NCBI RefSeq assembly: GCF_002113885.1
Contig: NW_018403450.1
Location: 856,702-920,701, forward strand
Source of the DNA: Mizuhopecten yessoensis
Taxonomy: Eukaryota
DNA length: 64,000 bases
Direction of reading: 5' to 3'
Shown here: one piece after another, positions 28,001 to 51,092 of the stretch
How positions within the stretch are numbered: the stretch's first letter is position 1
Layout: each line of letters opens with the position of its first letter
The notes under the pieces: model-generated
What the model saw: the letters and a program-made list of their open reading frames with translations, nothing else
What the model was told of the DNA's origin: nothing
Database searches by the model: none
Program-made: the position numbers and the translations under genes

Positions 28001-29402
28001 GTAAACCTCAGCAACGGAGAAGCAGCATGTCTTTTAAACCTTAGCAACGGAGAACCAGCCTGTCTTTTCTAAACCTTTGATTCGTTAAAGAAGTCTGTGC
28101 TATAAATCTTACCAGAAAGATGTCGAACACTTTGTTATAGATGGGTACGTAAGTTTTGAGAATGTCGAAGTGGAATGCTGGTGTCAACAAGCGTCTGTTT
28201 CTTTCCCACTTCTTACCGTCACTGATCAGTAGTCCATCACCTGGTATTGTGAGATACCGTATTAAAATAATTACATTACAGTTCACACCTTCCTTATCAT
28301 TATACAGATTCGACACACAGACAACCATCAAATCTAAAAGGACTTGTGGGAGAAAAAAGGAACCAACCTTAAAAGATGATTATTCATGAAAGTTTAGATG
28401 GGGTTTCCCACCAGTATTTCACTCTAAGTTTATTTAGAAGATGTAACAACAAGATGTCAATACCAAAATTATCAAAAAGAGGACTTGGCCACAAGACTTA
28501 CACAAAATTGCAAACACAGATGGTAACAAAAAATCGTTTCGTTTCTAATTCAAGTGATGTTTAGAAAACACGTATTTGTTTTTCTTCAAAAATCTCATAT
28601 GAAAATGGACCTCGTGCTAAATGACATGTCCATATGAGTGAATGTACAAACGATATTGTTTCAAAATATACGTACCTAACCACGGCAGAAGCGTGAAGTA
28701 ACCACCCCCTGTCTGTTTGTTCTTCGGCGTACTTGATTTAAGGAGTATCTTAACTGTGTCTGGATGACACACCCCGAGGATTGGGTAGAGAAAGGACATC
28801 CAGTAGCAGGACACTTTCCGTCCTGTCTCACGCATCCCTTTATCCACCAAGATTTGGAATTTAAAGAGAGGAACTAGCTGCAAAAAGATATTCTTGTGAT
28901 ACGTTAAAAACATATCTGACTAAACAAAGTTGTTGGGGGCGTAATTGCGCAGTGGTTAGTGCACCCGCCTTTAAGCAAGATGGCAATGGTTCGATCCCCC
29001 GATCGGACATGAAACATTATGGGGTCACCAGCCCGACCACGTGTGGGTTTTCCCCGGGTCCTCCGGTTTTCAACTACATTCAAATCAATATTGTCATGTA
29101 AATGCCGAAAGGTAAATCTAAAGCATAAACGATACAGTGGCGTTTGCCTATTTGTGAGATATTTAACACGCGGTTGAATATAATGATAAACACAGAAATT
29201 AAGTCAAGCAACAAGAAATAGGAACTACAAATGTACTTACCAAATGTAAATGTCCCCATAACGGATGAAACTTTCCAAATCTGATCACTTTGTCGGATGT
29301 ATATAGTTCGATGTATGTTTTATATTTTTGAACCAAACTGTTCAATTTCCACAGGGATAAACCCATCAAGAGGGTACAGAACACAAGCATCGGTAGCTCC
29401 AT
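19355..29402 (-). CDS. CYP4: Cytochrome P450 family 4 gene A (CYP4F/4A-like), 12 coding exons, 499 aa
   Basis: Exons (minus): 29402-29241, 28877-28676, 28240-28113, 25737-25613, 24955-24893, 24156-24033, 23448-23316, 22802-22679, 21875-21680, 20519-20443, 19756-19691, 19454-19355 (TGA). Has an N-terminal membrane anchor, [19 protein letters not shown] (CYP4 I-helix), KESMR, FRPDRF and FSAGSRNCIG heme loop. Confidence 0.94.
21963..22174. mobile_element. Possible small MITE with internal TTCTCG/TGTCG repeats
   Basis: Imperfect termini TATAGTGGCCGG / CTGGCAACCATA and short internal periodic motifs. Confidence 0.35.
23066..23331. repeat. Diverged two-copy ~135-bp tandem duplication including the CYP4-A exon-7 donor
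   Basis: CATACCCTCAAAYAGRAAGGT occurs at 23176-23196 and 23311-23331 with alignable flanks. Confidence 0.75.
24699..24828. repeat. 16-bp-period (32-bp higher order) repeat with six CACGTG E-boxes, CYP4-A intron 5
   Basis: CACGTG at 24704, 24720, 24736, 24752, 24768 and 24784. Confidence 0.9.
25951..28115. repeat. Bipartite 33-bp minisatellite filling most of CYP4-A intron 3
   Basis: About 44 homogeneous copies of GCCTGACATAGAAACCTAAGCATTGGAGAATAG (25951-27423), then about 20 more diverged copies of the related GCCTGTCTTATAAACCTTAGCAACGGAGAAGCA (about 27440-28110). Confidence 0.97.
28936..29075 (+). mobile_element. tRNA-derived SINE with Deu/Nin-type core (truncated)
   Basis: A box TGCGCAGTGG, B box GGTTCGATCCC, then GGGTTTTCCCCGGGTCCTCCGGTTT core. 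Confidence 0.75.
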
Positions 29403-30311
29403 GTTGGATTTCTGTTATCAACATAACAAATACAGATCCCTAGTTACAACGTATAGCATTGCACAACTGTTACATTTTTTACATCAACGGTTTTTTGAAA
29501 CCAATAATAATTTTCAAACTAAGAAAAAAATAAGCTACCGAGCTAACGAAGTCCATATTGCCGACCAGAAACTATATCTACTGTGGTTGTGTTTCCTTTT
29601 GAAAGAAAATACCCGCTAGATAATTGACTAATTTTGATATGTGAACACCGATTTAGCTGATTTTCTATGGCATCTCCATTCTTAAGTGCAAACGGAGGGA
29701 TTCGTAAATAATTCTAACATACTGAATTCTACTACGAAAGCTTCACACAAAGCTCGATAACTCTTACATTCCCGGATGCATGGCGTCTGCTAGCAATTAC
29801 ACATACACTACGCATATCCCTTGACAAAATAAAATAGTCTGTGACGCAAGCAGTTATACTTTTGTAGACATTGAGCAACTTCACCTTAGCATGATCTATC
29901 AATGGGTACATCTTATTTCACATATACTTATATTTGTTCTTACTTTGAGAAGCCTGATGCAGTTTCAAACGTGATAGCTTGTATAGATGGCATACATTTA
30001 CCTGTGTCGTTTACTGCTCTAAGTCCGGTCCTTAGTGCTGATATCAGTACAGATATGAGATCACGAGGTCAGTCATAGTCTGTTTACGCTTGGGACGACA
30101 CACAAATGTTGTAAACTTTGAAGAGCCACACACACAATATACAAGCTACACAGAGTCTTTTCCCATGTAAATTATAACTTCTTGTGTCCAATCTCAATGA
30201 TCAAGATTGATGGTTGTATGCTCGACAGATTACACTTGTGTTAACTTACAAGTGTGGAAGTTGTAAGTGGAGTGAACTTTGCTCATGTTTATCTATTTAG
30301 TACGCCAATGC

Positions 30312-30490
30312 ATCCGTCTGTCTGTCTCTCCCTGTCTCTGTCTGTCTGTCTGACTGTCTGTTTGTCTGTCTGTCTCTCCCTGTCTCTATCTGTCTGTCTG
30401 ACTGACTGTCTGTTTGGTTACATCGTTCTGTCCCTCTCGATTCGTCCCTGTCTGCCTTTCTGTCTGTCCGTCTGTCTGTCTCTCCCTGTC

Positions 30491-30536
<46 letters not shown>

Positions 30537-30683
30537 CCTGTCCCTATCTGTCTGTCTGACTGACTGTCTGTTTGGTTACATCGTTCTGTCCCTCTCGATT
30601 CGTCCCTGTCTATCTGTCTGTTTCTGCCTGTCTCTGTTTCTCCCTCTCTCCTTCCCTCTCCCCCTTTCTATCTCTCTCTCTCC
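30312..30683. repeat. (CTGT)n/(CT)n compound microsatellite with a duplicated ~40-bp spacer
   Basis: CTGT runs; TTTGGTTACATCGTTCTGTCCCTCTCGATTCGTCCCTGTC occurs twice (about 30413 and 30571). Confidence 0.92.
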
Positions 30684-30756
30684 GTCAGGGACTTCAGACG
30701 ATATGTTGTTTAAATATTTATATAACCATGCTTCTACATGTACATGCAAAATTTAC

Positions 30757-31025
30757 AACTTCACACGTGGAACAATGAGTTAGGATGCCTCTATAACTTC
30801 ACACGTGGAACAATGCGTTAGGATGCCTCTATAACTTCGCACGTGGAACAATGAGTTAGGACGCCTCTATAACTTCACACGGGGAACAATGAGTTAGGAT
30901 TCCTCTATAACTTCACACGTGGAACACTGAGTTAGGATGCCTCTATAACTTCACACCTGGAACAATGAGTTAGGATTCCTCTATAACTTCACACGTGGAA
31001 CAATGAGTTAGGATGCCTCTATAAC
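30757..31025. repeat. 38-bp tandem repeat, 7 copies, between the divergent CYP4-A and CYP4-B genes
   Basis: Unit ATAACTTCACACGTGGAACAATGAGTTAGGATGCCTCT; 5 of 7 copies keep CACGTG. Confidence 0.95.
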
Positions 31026-32944
31026 ACTATTGGAGGCATTGGAGGTATTTTGGCTTAGAAAGTAGTTGAATAATTCAAACAAGTCAGAATTGATTAAAAT
31101 CCCAGAGCTTTAAATTTAAATCGTCGTTCATTAAGGGTAAATCATCTAAACTAGTCCACTAGTATTATATAATATTTAAAGAGTACACGATCATCTTTAA
31201 GGATCCCTGTTCCATGCACTGTAGTTTTTTTTCTATATACTCTATCCTTCCCTTTACTTCCGCTTGGATATATATACATGTATATACCAACTGTAGGAAA
31301 AGTTGGACCATGACACATTCGTTGAAAAAGTACCTGATGAAGTTAGAACGATAGTATAACAATATACAATCCAGGGTTCGAATCCTGATCAAGTTCAACT
31401 GCAATTTTACACTCAGAATACTGTTGTTGATTATTTTTGTTTCTTTCATCCTTATTAAGTCTAATAAAAGTCTCGCAAGGTATGACTTACTTTTCAGAAA
31501 TTATTTATGATATCTATATATAAAGTCATGACGGAAAAAAGAGTTTCCGACACTAATTTACAGTTATTAAACAGTGGGCACGAGAATTTCTAATGCATGC
31601 AATCTCTTGTCATTCATTTTAAACCAAGTAAGTGAAGCGGGTTTTATGTAATGAAGGGACATGCCTCATGTATCTTCCATTATATAGCACAAACCATTAA
31701 ATGTTTCCTGTGATAAAACCCTGGTCAGTACTTGATGTTGTTCTGTTTTATCTTTCTGTTGCGGAAGGGCATTGCTACAGTGAAGAGCCACAGAGCAAAC
31801 AGTGCTTTGTTTTCGTCCGGAATTTTTGTCTATTGAAAAGCTTCCTCCAATCTGGGGTCATCATCACCTGCTAAATACCATCTATTCCTTTGTACAGTTT
31901 TGTATATTTTCGGTTATTTTAACATTGAAAGACAAACTTATCTACAGCTATATTTGCCTAGATAATTTAACAAGAAGAACCATCATATTACTGACAAAGC
32001 AAGATGATCTCAACAACTACTTTTTATATTTCTCATCTGTGTGTTTTATTTGCATTTTTCCTTTTGGTGCCTTAGGTAACTTTCAGAAGACCACTGAGAG
32101 TATGTTTTGACTCCCAATAATGAATTTTGACTCTTTTTTTTTATAACGGATAGGTCTATGTGACATACGTTTTCCTTTAACAAATCTGGATTTTTTGTAT
32201 TGTTTTACCTAATTAGTACGAATCTGCATTATCTGTACCGATAACAAATTTACAGGCTGCCTCCGCCCCATGAACAAATATAGGAAAGAGACTGGAAAGA
32301 GTGTTTTATCCTTGTGTCATCCCGGGGTCAGTTTGGAGACAGTCGAACCCAAACCCTTACAGACAGGTGGTGGGTACTTCCTGTTAATTATCTGGTTAGG
32401 TAAAACTAAACAACGGACGATGTGTCTATAAGTGTAAACATGTTTTATCATGGGTTCACGTAATCTTTGGACTTACTGCCTAGAGGCACATATGCCTGAA
32501 TATATAGCTAATTAGCTCTACCATAAAAACTGATATTAGATAGTGTCACTTAAATGTGCAAAAGGAAATAATCTAATGTAGATGCTTTAATTTTAGAGAC
32601 CTATCGTCGGGCGAATCGCAATCTTCATTAAGATATTTTAATGCCAACTTGATATACAAGCTTTACTTTTGTAAGATAAAACTTTTTCATAACGTTTCTA
32701 CAATCTATTTATAATAACTATATAGTAGTAGTTATTTATTTCAGTTTCACTATGTGTGTTCTTACGTATAAAAAAGATTCTTCATTGAAACAAGAAGAAT
32801 TTGATTTTCATTGCAGAATTCGTATATTATGAAGAAGGTTACACATTAGCTTAATCACATATTTCTGGAATGATTGTCTCGTGAAAGATGCGAGAGGAGA
32901 TTAGCGTGAACTGTTGCCCATTATGGATCTATTCAGGTAAGTCA

Positions 32945-33376
32945 TTCCGTGTCTGCAAACGCTATTTCATAACCTGCTTGCAGAAATAAGAAGGCTAGCT
33001 AGAAAACCAAAGGAACCCTGCCTACACATTTTCCAATTTTTCGGAAGCTGAATCCTAACAAATCACGCTTCCGTTTTACAAACTTTCCGAATATCCACTA
33101 ATGACAAGTTTAAGGATCTATCTCGATTGTTTTTGGATTCCAGAACTTCGTAAGGATCCCTTTTAACAACGCTACCTCTTCTAGTTGCTCAACTAAGTCA
33201 TTATTCAAAATCCTCACTACCACTCTCAGTTCCAGGGGTGCTGTCGTATTGTGACACTGTACACTCAAGAAGTGGAATAAACAGTAAGTGGATTTTGAAG
33301 AAATCTTGAAACACCTCTTCTCAATAATGTTTCTTCAAGCAAACTATTTGACTTTTCGACCCTTGACACTACCATT
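32945..33376 (+). mobile_element. Decayed Penelope-like reverse transcriptase fragment (left part; resumes at 34984 to about 35040)
   Basis: Broken translation VCKRYF..NHASVLQTF..WIPELRKDPF*QRY..CSTKSL..YCDTVHSRSGINSKWILKKS..LFDFSTLDTTI resumes after the insertion as TTIPYTKLKERL, matching the recalled Penelope-type FDFSTLYTTIP motif. Confidence 0.75.
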
Positions 33377-34983
33377 TCTTTGCCAGGGAAAGGCTTCAGG
33401 TGACAACCTCGAGGAAAATCCAGAACTAGGAATCTGTAACATCCTTCCTGTACTTCCAGGATCAGAACATTTGTTCCGAAGTTAAGGGTGAGGTAACCCC
33501 GACAGAAAACCTAGAGTGCTGAAGACGGCGGTGTTGGGCCATACAGCGCACTCTAACAGACCACAACACTACGTATAAACAGCCATTATGAAAGAAGGAA
33601 AGAGAAAACCACCCTCCCCAGGCAGTCTCAAAAGATCCAGCTTTACGTTAGAGACAAGAGCCTTACAAAGAAAACACCAGGAAGTTTTACCAAAATATGT
33701 CAAACACACAGCTTTCAAAATGAATAACAACCCTTGTGAAGATAAACTTGGAAATGTCATCATCCAGACCTCAGTTCCGTTCAATCCTACCACAGACGAA
33801 CAGGCTAGCACTGTTAAGAAAACACTGACAATGAGCATGCTTGAAAACGAGTAACCTTCAGACTCCCGGGTAAAAGTATATACAGACGGGTCAGCCACAA
33901 ATGCCACAACAAAAGGAGGGGCTAGTATATACATTAAGTACCCCTACGGAGATTAACAATCAGAGGCAATACCAACAGGCCTACATTGTTCAAACTACAA
34001 AGCTGAAGAAGCCCTTATTCATGCTGCACACTCCATCAAAATCAAAGATGATAGCACAACTCAAGTATTTTTTTTTTCATTTCAGTATATTTATTGTTCT
34101 GATCTTAGATACAAAGGAATTGGGCAACAGGCAAAGCCTATGAGCGCCCTCTCCTTACAGTTGTAAAAGTATGCACACATCATATTGATTTGAAGTAATG
34201 ATAAAATATGTATATTATGTAATTTTGATATCTGCATGTCATTATTATGTTTTTTTGATAATGGTTGTACAAAAACTAGATTTTACAAAAAATGGTAATT
34301 AAAATTATGCTGGTGTACTGGTATCATTCCATACAGCAAAGTCATGTGAAAAAAGATAAACAAGTAAGTGTAATCTAGTAAAAGCGTCTTGTATCTTTAA
34401 CGAGTAATATTCCTGACTGATGCCCTCTCTGTGCTGCAAGCTTTGACAAACGACAAGCTACCTCAATTGGAACAAGCTTTATACACCATTAAAAGTCTGA
34501 CAACAGTTCTACAGTGGATTCCTTCTCACTGTGGAGTTTGGGGTAATGAACAAGCCGATAAATTAGCAAAGCATAGTGCTGAACAACAACAGGAAGAAAA
34601 TCCTGTCTGCTACACAGAGATAAAGACTAACATCAAATCTCATTCAAGACCCCTCAGCAACAAGACCTTTACCACCAGCTAACAAGATCTGACCAAACCA
34701 CCATCTTCCGACTGAGGACAGGACACAACAGACTCAATCAACATCTATACAAAGTCATGAAAGTTGTTCCATCTCCAATGTGTCATTGTGGAGAAGCAGA
34801 TCAGGATACTGCACACTTGTTAAAGTCATGCAAGATCCATTAGGCACTGATAATAAGATATGGCATTCACCAACACCACTCAAAGAGAAACTATATGGAC
34901 CAGTGGGATGCCCTACAGAAGACCACCAGATTTGTTAAGCGGACTGGTATTCAAGTGTAAAGGCGAACGATAAGAAGAAGAAA
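33377..34983 (+). mobile_element. Internally deleted RNase H-bearing LINE (I group, Ingi/Nimb-like) with 9-bp TSD
   Basis: TSD ACTACCATT at 33368-33376 and 34984-34992. RNase H motifs VYTDGS, SNYKAE, IFLTDAL, LQWIPSHCGVWGNEQADKLAK; then RLRTGH and a C-terminal Cys/His finger (CHCG..TAHLLKSC); (GAA)n tail; stops and frameshifts present. No RT or endonuclease domain visible. Confidence 0.85.
34068..34402 (-). mobile_element. Antisense poly(A)-tailed retroelement 3' fragment nested in the RNase H domain
   Basis: Begins with a T-run plus TTTATT and is flanked by an AGTA duplication; removing it restores QVIFLTDAL. Confidence 0.7.
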
Positions 34984-36561
34984 ACTACCATTCCTTATAC
35001 CAAACTTAAGGAACGCCTACATTCTCCTGTTATGCGAGCTTTCTTATATACTGATAACGATATTGTGAGAATGATTGAGTTCCTGGCTGGCAATCTCTTT
35101 GCCATCCTGTGAACATTTTAGTTACCAAATTGCAATGCGCTGATATTAGTCGAATGCTTTTTTCACCGTTGTTTAGTAGATTACGAGAGTAATTTAATCA
35201 TCTGTGCATGTACAATAGTTACATAGCTGAAACATAAATCAAGTAAGACACGTTCATTTGACATTTCTTTTTTACATGTACAATGATGATACAAAGTTTC
35301 AAATATTGATCCATTCATACAACATGTTATTAAATAATAGCACTGATTATTTAACCAAAAAAAAACAACAATAAAAACCAGCACATGCTGCTTTAAGAAA
35401 TTAACAAAGGAACGATTTACATGTAGACCTTTGAAATGTGCAAGGGGAACACGACCAGGTGTGCTGGAAAGTAAAGTGTCTTCTGCTTCATCGACAACTT
35501 CTGCCATGAAAATCGCGGTCATACACCCAAGTAAAGCCATCTCCTTATAACAAGACACGATAATTAGTATACTCAAAAAAGGGTTTAAAAGCTGGGTTTA
35601 AAGTCAGCTATAGTAAGGAAATAATGTAGACTGTTCAGTGGTTTAAAACAAATATTCTATATAAAGAAATGAGCAAAGTTCAGTTTATTCCTACACTATA
35701 CGTTAGTACACACAAGTGTGACCAGTCTACCATCCAACCGTGAAGATATTCTAAAGGACTTGGCCCTTAAGATGTTGTTATTTAAATGCAAATTCAGACG
35801 AGGTCTCGCGTCGACTATTCAACAGGAAACACGAATACATGACAGTGTCTCACATCAATTAATTCACTGACTGATGAACACATATCCAGTTTACTGTATG
35901 TCTGGCTACTCAAAATCAACTTTATGCTGATGTACCGTATTCCCAGCAAACATCAGCTGACGTCTTTATACATCGCTCTACTGCTACACACTTACGACAG
36001 GACACGGGAAACATACGACAGAGGTACACATTAGATACTTACAAACAGTGAAATCATGCTGTCTAGTTCGTACTTTTCTTAGTTTGAGAGGAGGATATAT
36101 ATATGTGTGAAATAAGATGTTCAATTTATGGGTCATGCTGACCGGAAACTGTTCCGTACTTGTTTTGTATCAGTATAAAAAAGTGTAAAATTCTTTGCTC
36201 ATTTGTCAGTTCATATGTGTATTGTTGATGTGTTAAATTACGAATCAGAGTTATCGGACTTTGTGTGTAGTCTCTTTATACATGTAGGGCACTCTTTGTG
36301 TTCTACTTACCATCGTTATAGACATATTAACCTGTCAATGATACTATGTATTGTATATACAGATGTACATGGAAGTATATATATCTACTAATTATCATAT
36401 GATTTCTATGATAAGAGGATTTTCACTTAATACATGCTGATAGGGGAATATTGACATTGTTAACTACGGTCATATCTGCATTACGATACCACACCAGGCA
36501 AAGAAGTGATAAATCATGTACATTTCTGTTACCTTTACATTATTTACAGAAAATATCCAAC

Positions 36562-47959
<11,398 letters not shown>

Positions 47960-48068
47960 TTTGGACTTCAGTCATTTTTGTAAAGCTTGATAGCAATCTG
48001 GTTAAAAAACAAAAATACGAACTAAGCTTTCATTCATATGAAAAAAAGTCCATAAATGGTACATATTA

Positions 48069-48689
48069 CAGTTGTGGGAACGCACAACGTAACACGACGT
48101 GCGGTGTGCACGATGTATGCACGATGTGCGAACGATTGAAATCTGGACGATTATTGCTTGCGCACATTTGTGCGGACTATGGACGTTGTGCGAGGACAAT
48201 CGTGGTTGGTGTAAATTGAGAAATGGCTAAACAATAAATACGGCCTCGTGTTTAAACATATAAGCTACATATATCAGCTGATCTTTCTATCTATTTTCTA
48301 TCTTTTTTAATTCAGAAATAATATTTTCGGTGTTTTTCAAACGACCCAAATCGACACATGTAAAATAGCACATACATATATTGACTCGGTCACGTACATT
48401 TGTATACAGGTAAACTAAACCACTTTGTACCTGCACCTGGACCGTAGTTTTCCCCACCTGGGGCACTTGTCAAGGTGTGGAAATCCAGGTGAAGGGATGA
48501 TATAGACCAAAATGAATGCAAATAACAAATCCTTAACGTGCGGAGAGAATCACACAGCGGGGCGAATGATTGTTAAATCGCACAGTTGTGCGCAGCATGT
48601 GTGGACGATGTGCGGACGGTGTGTGCACGATGTATGCACGATGTGTACTGTGCACGCTATTTTTGGTGCGTTGTGTGGTCCCACAACTG
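48069..48689. mobile_element. MITE, copy 2 of the same family, TA-flanked, 110 bp after the CYP4-B stop codon
   Basis: TA|CAGTTGTGGGAACGCACAACG ... CGTTGTGTGGTCCCACAACTG|TA; largely colinear with 3154-3670. Confidence 0.85.
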
Positions 48690-48989
48690 TATATAATCAT
48701 TTGCTTTTGGGTAGATGTGGTGTATGTTTTCATTATAAGGTATAATGATACAAATACAAATACAGGATATGTATGCTTGTGCATAATAAAAGATGATCGT
48801 TTCTATCTCTATCAAAATCGAAGGGTAAAAATAGCCGTCGTACAGCACAACGGTTTGTGCAGTTAAACTACTCCAAAGTCTGATTATTAGTTTAAAGGTT
48901 GATCTCTCTGACACACAGGTTTTGGATGGATTTTTGTCTTCCTTTTTAACTAGTCAGTATTAGTTGTAAATGCAAGTCACATTCCACTT

Positions 48990-49492
48990 CAGTTATTTGA
49001 GTGTGACAATATTGTTCGTGCTAGTTTCCTGATCCGAAAACGAATCTCGATTGTCCTGCAAACTTACCCAGTAACAAGATGCTCCGTCTCAACTATAATC
49101 TACCATAATAATGAAACATTATATTTTGTGTATGTGCCATATTTTTTCACTGCTTTTCCCCAACTGTTTTCTACTCTGAATCCTCGTAATAATCCATATT
49201 CAGGTCACTTTCCCTGCAGTCATAGTTTTAATGTTGGTTACGATTAACAGTAACATATTTACTTAAATGCTTCTGTTTCCTATTAATCTATGTTCATTCA
49301 TATTTGTATTACATATATGTTATATATATAAATGCTACGTGAGTTCAGAAAGTTAAACTTAACAAAACTCGTATTGGTAAATCAGTGTTGGTGTTAAATG
49401 TTATTCATTTGTGAACCGCTTTTGGACAACCTACGACCCAGGTTGTGATAAAGCGGTAACCTCAAATTATTATTATTATTTTATTATTATTA
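48990..49492 (+). mobile_element. Decayed L2/CR1-type LINE 3' end
   Basis: TGTGAACCGCTTTT...AAAGCGGT stem followed by AAAT and a (TAT)n tail; the 5' limit is approximate. Confidence 0.45.
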
Positions 49493-49777
49493 ATTTAAAG
49501 AAAATATCAATAAACTATACTGCATTTGAAAATATGTCCTTTTTGTTTCTTCATCTGTTTCCGATGTTCTTTACCCACCATTTTCACAGAACCGTTATTA
49601 AACATCAACATTTATCCTAGATGAGTGGTATCACCATAGAAACTACATAGCTTTTCATTCTTCAATTCTACACTGGCGGCATGTTTCAGCGACATTACAC
49701 CGACTGTAATTGTAACTATTCAACTATTCTTTCTGCATAAATCAATTAGATATTTTGTTGTATGGCTTGTGAGAATC

Positions 49778-49918
49778 ATAGAATATCACACTGTATTTTC
49801 AGGGTTTGTCGTGAGAACAATTTTCTCACCGCAGGTGGCCTCGATGTTTTTATCTACATGTGAGCAATGAGAAAATTGTTAGAACGACAAACTCTGAAAA
49901 TACTGTATGATTAACTAT
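49778..49918. repeat. Long imperfect palindrome, probable terminus of a non-autonomous element
   Basis: GTATTTTCAGGGTTTGTCGTGAGAACAATTTTCTCA versus TGAGAAAATTGTTAGAACGACAAACTCTGAAAATAC. Confidence 0.75.
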
Positions 49919-50668
49919 CAATTATCTATATACTGCTACCTTATATATTTCTCCAGTTAAAAAAAACTCAACTAAACACCATGTTTTTCCAAAAGACTTC
50001 TAAGCTCTATGGTCAACGATCGCCTGTAACAAACGTAAACAAAAAGTTTTAAGCGGTAGAATACAATGAACCTTAATATTACACAAACTTTTTTAAACAA
50101 TCATATCGTCATTGACTTTTCCATGTGCACATTTACACCTGAAAATGTGTTGTTATTCTCACAATATTTTTCCGTAACTTTGTATTGATATATTTATGAC
50201 GGACTATTTTCTTAGGCTGGTCACAATTTCATTCAATTCGTTCGCACGATAGATACAAAATATTACTTCCTAAAGTCATTAAACAGACAATCTTTATTCA
50301 GACTAAGCTTAGATATCGATCAGAGACGTCCAACACAGCATTTAAAAAAACTGCATTAGTCATGTTCAATCTGCAGATTAGAATCTCCTTTTCTTGTTCA
50401 CATGTTAGTGTTCCTTAAAAATATTCCCAGCATATTTCATCGCTTGTTCAAATCAATACCCTAATATCTTATAATGTCCTCAACAAGATATAAAAACCTT
50501 TTTCGTCATGATGTTTCCCGTCGTGTGCTTTCTAAATCATAGACACCTATATATATATATCGATTTGGCAAGTGTAATGGCCGTCATCTTGATCTTTTTG
50601 GAAAATGTTCTATATCCTATACGGTATGAAGGAAGATGTTTCCTGAAATAGTCATTCGTGTTCATCCG

Positions 50669-51037
50669 TGTTGTTTCGATATCAATATAACGGATGTTAT
50701 CTAACTGACGCGATTTAACTGTTTTCCGATATCAATATAACGGTTATTATCTAACTGACGCGATATGACTGTTGTACCGATATCAATAAAACGGTTGTTA
50801 TCCAACTGACGCGATATGACTGTTGTTTCGATATCAATAAAACGGTTGTTATCTTACTGACGCCAGTTTAGCTGTTGTTCCGATATCAATAAAACGGTTG
50901 CTATCTAACTGACGCGCTATGACTGATGTTCCTATATCAATATAACGGTTGCTATCTAACTGACGCGATTTGACTGTTGTTCCGATATCAATGTAACGGT
51001 TGTTATCCAACTGACTTGATATGACTGTTGTTCCGAT
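50669..51037. repeat. ~51-bp tandem repeat, about 7 copies
   Basis: CGATATCAATAWAACGGTTGTTATCTAACTGACGCGATATGACTGTTGTTC; register at 50677, 50727, 50778, 50829, 50881, 50932, 50983 and 51034. Confidence 0.93.
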
Positions 51038-51092
51038 CGAACCCCGGCCGCCTGAGTGGAAGGCCGGAGTGTTAATCACTCGACCAATTCGC
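51035..51092 (-). mobile_element. tRNA-derived SINE head abutting the 51-bp array
   Basis: Minus strand reads TGGTCGAGTGATTAACACTCCGGCCTTCCACTCAGGCGGCCGGGGTTCGATC (A box, anticodon-like arm, B box). Confidence 0.65.

Noticed and set aside
28936-29010. tRNA-like sequences here, at 11605-11680 and at 51035-51092
   Set aside because: A and B boxes are present but the acceptor stems and cloverleaves are broken, and SINE cores or repeats follow; these are SINE heads, not tRNA genes.
30254-30778. LSVCLSV-rich ORFs
   Set aside because: They are translations of a (CTGT)n microsatellite.
30757-31025. Regular 38-bp array (also the 20-, 33- and 51-bp arrays) resembling CRISPR
   Set aside because: Units are head-to-tail with no unique spacers, there are no cas genes, and the context is eukaryotic.
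33588-34682. RNase H ORF pieces as a host gene
   Set aside because: In-frame stops, frameshifts, a nested insertion, a TSD and a (GAA)n tail identify a dead LINE.
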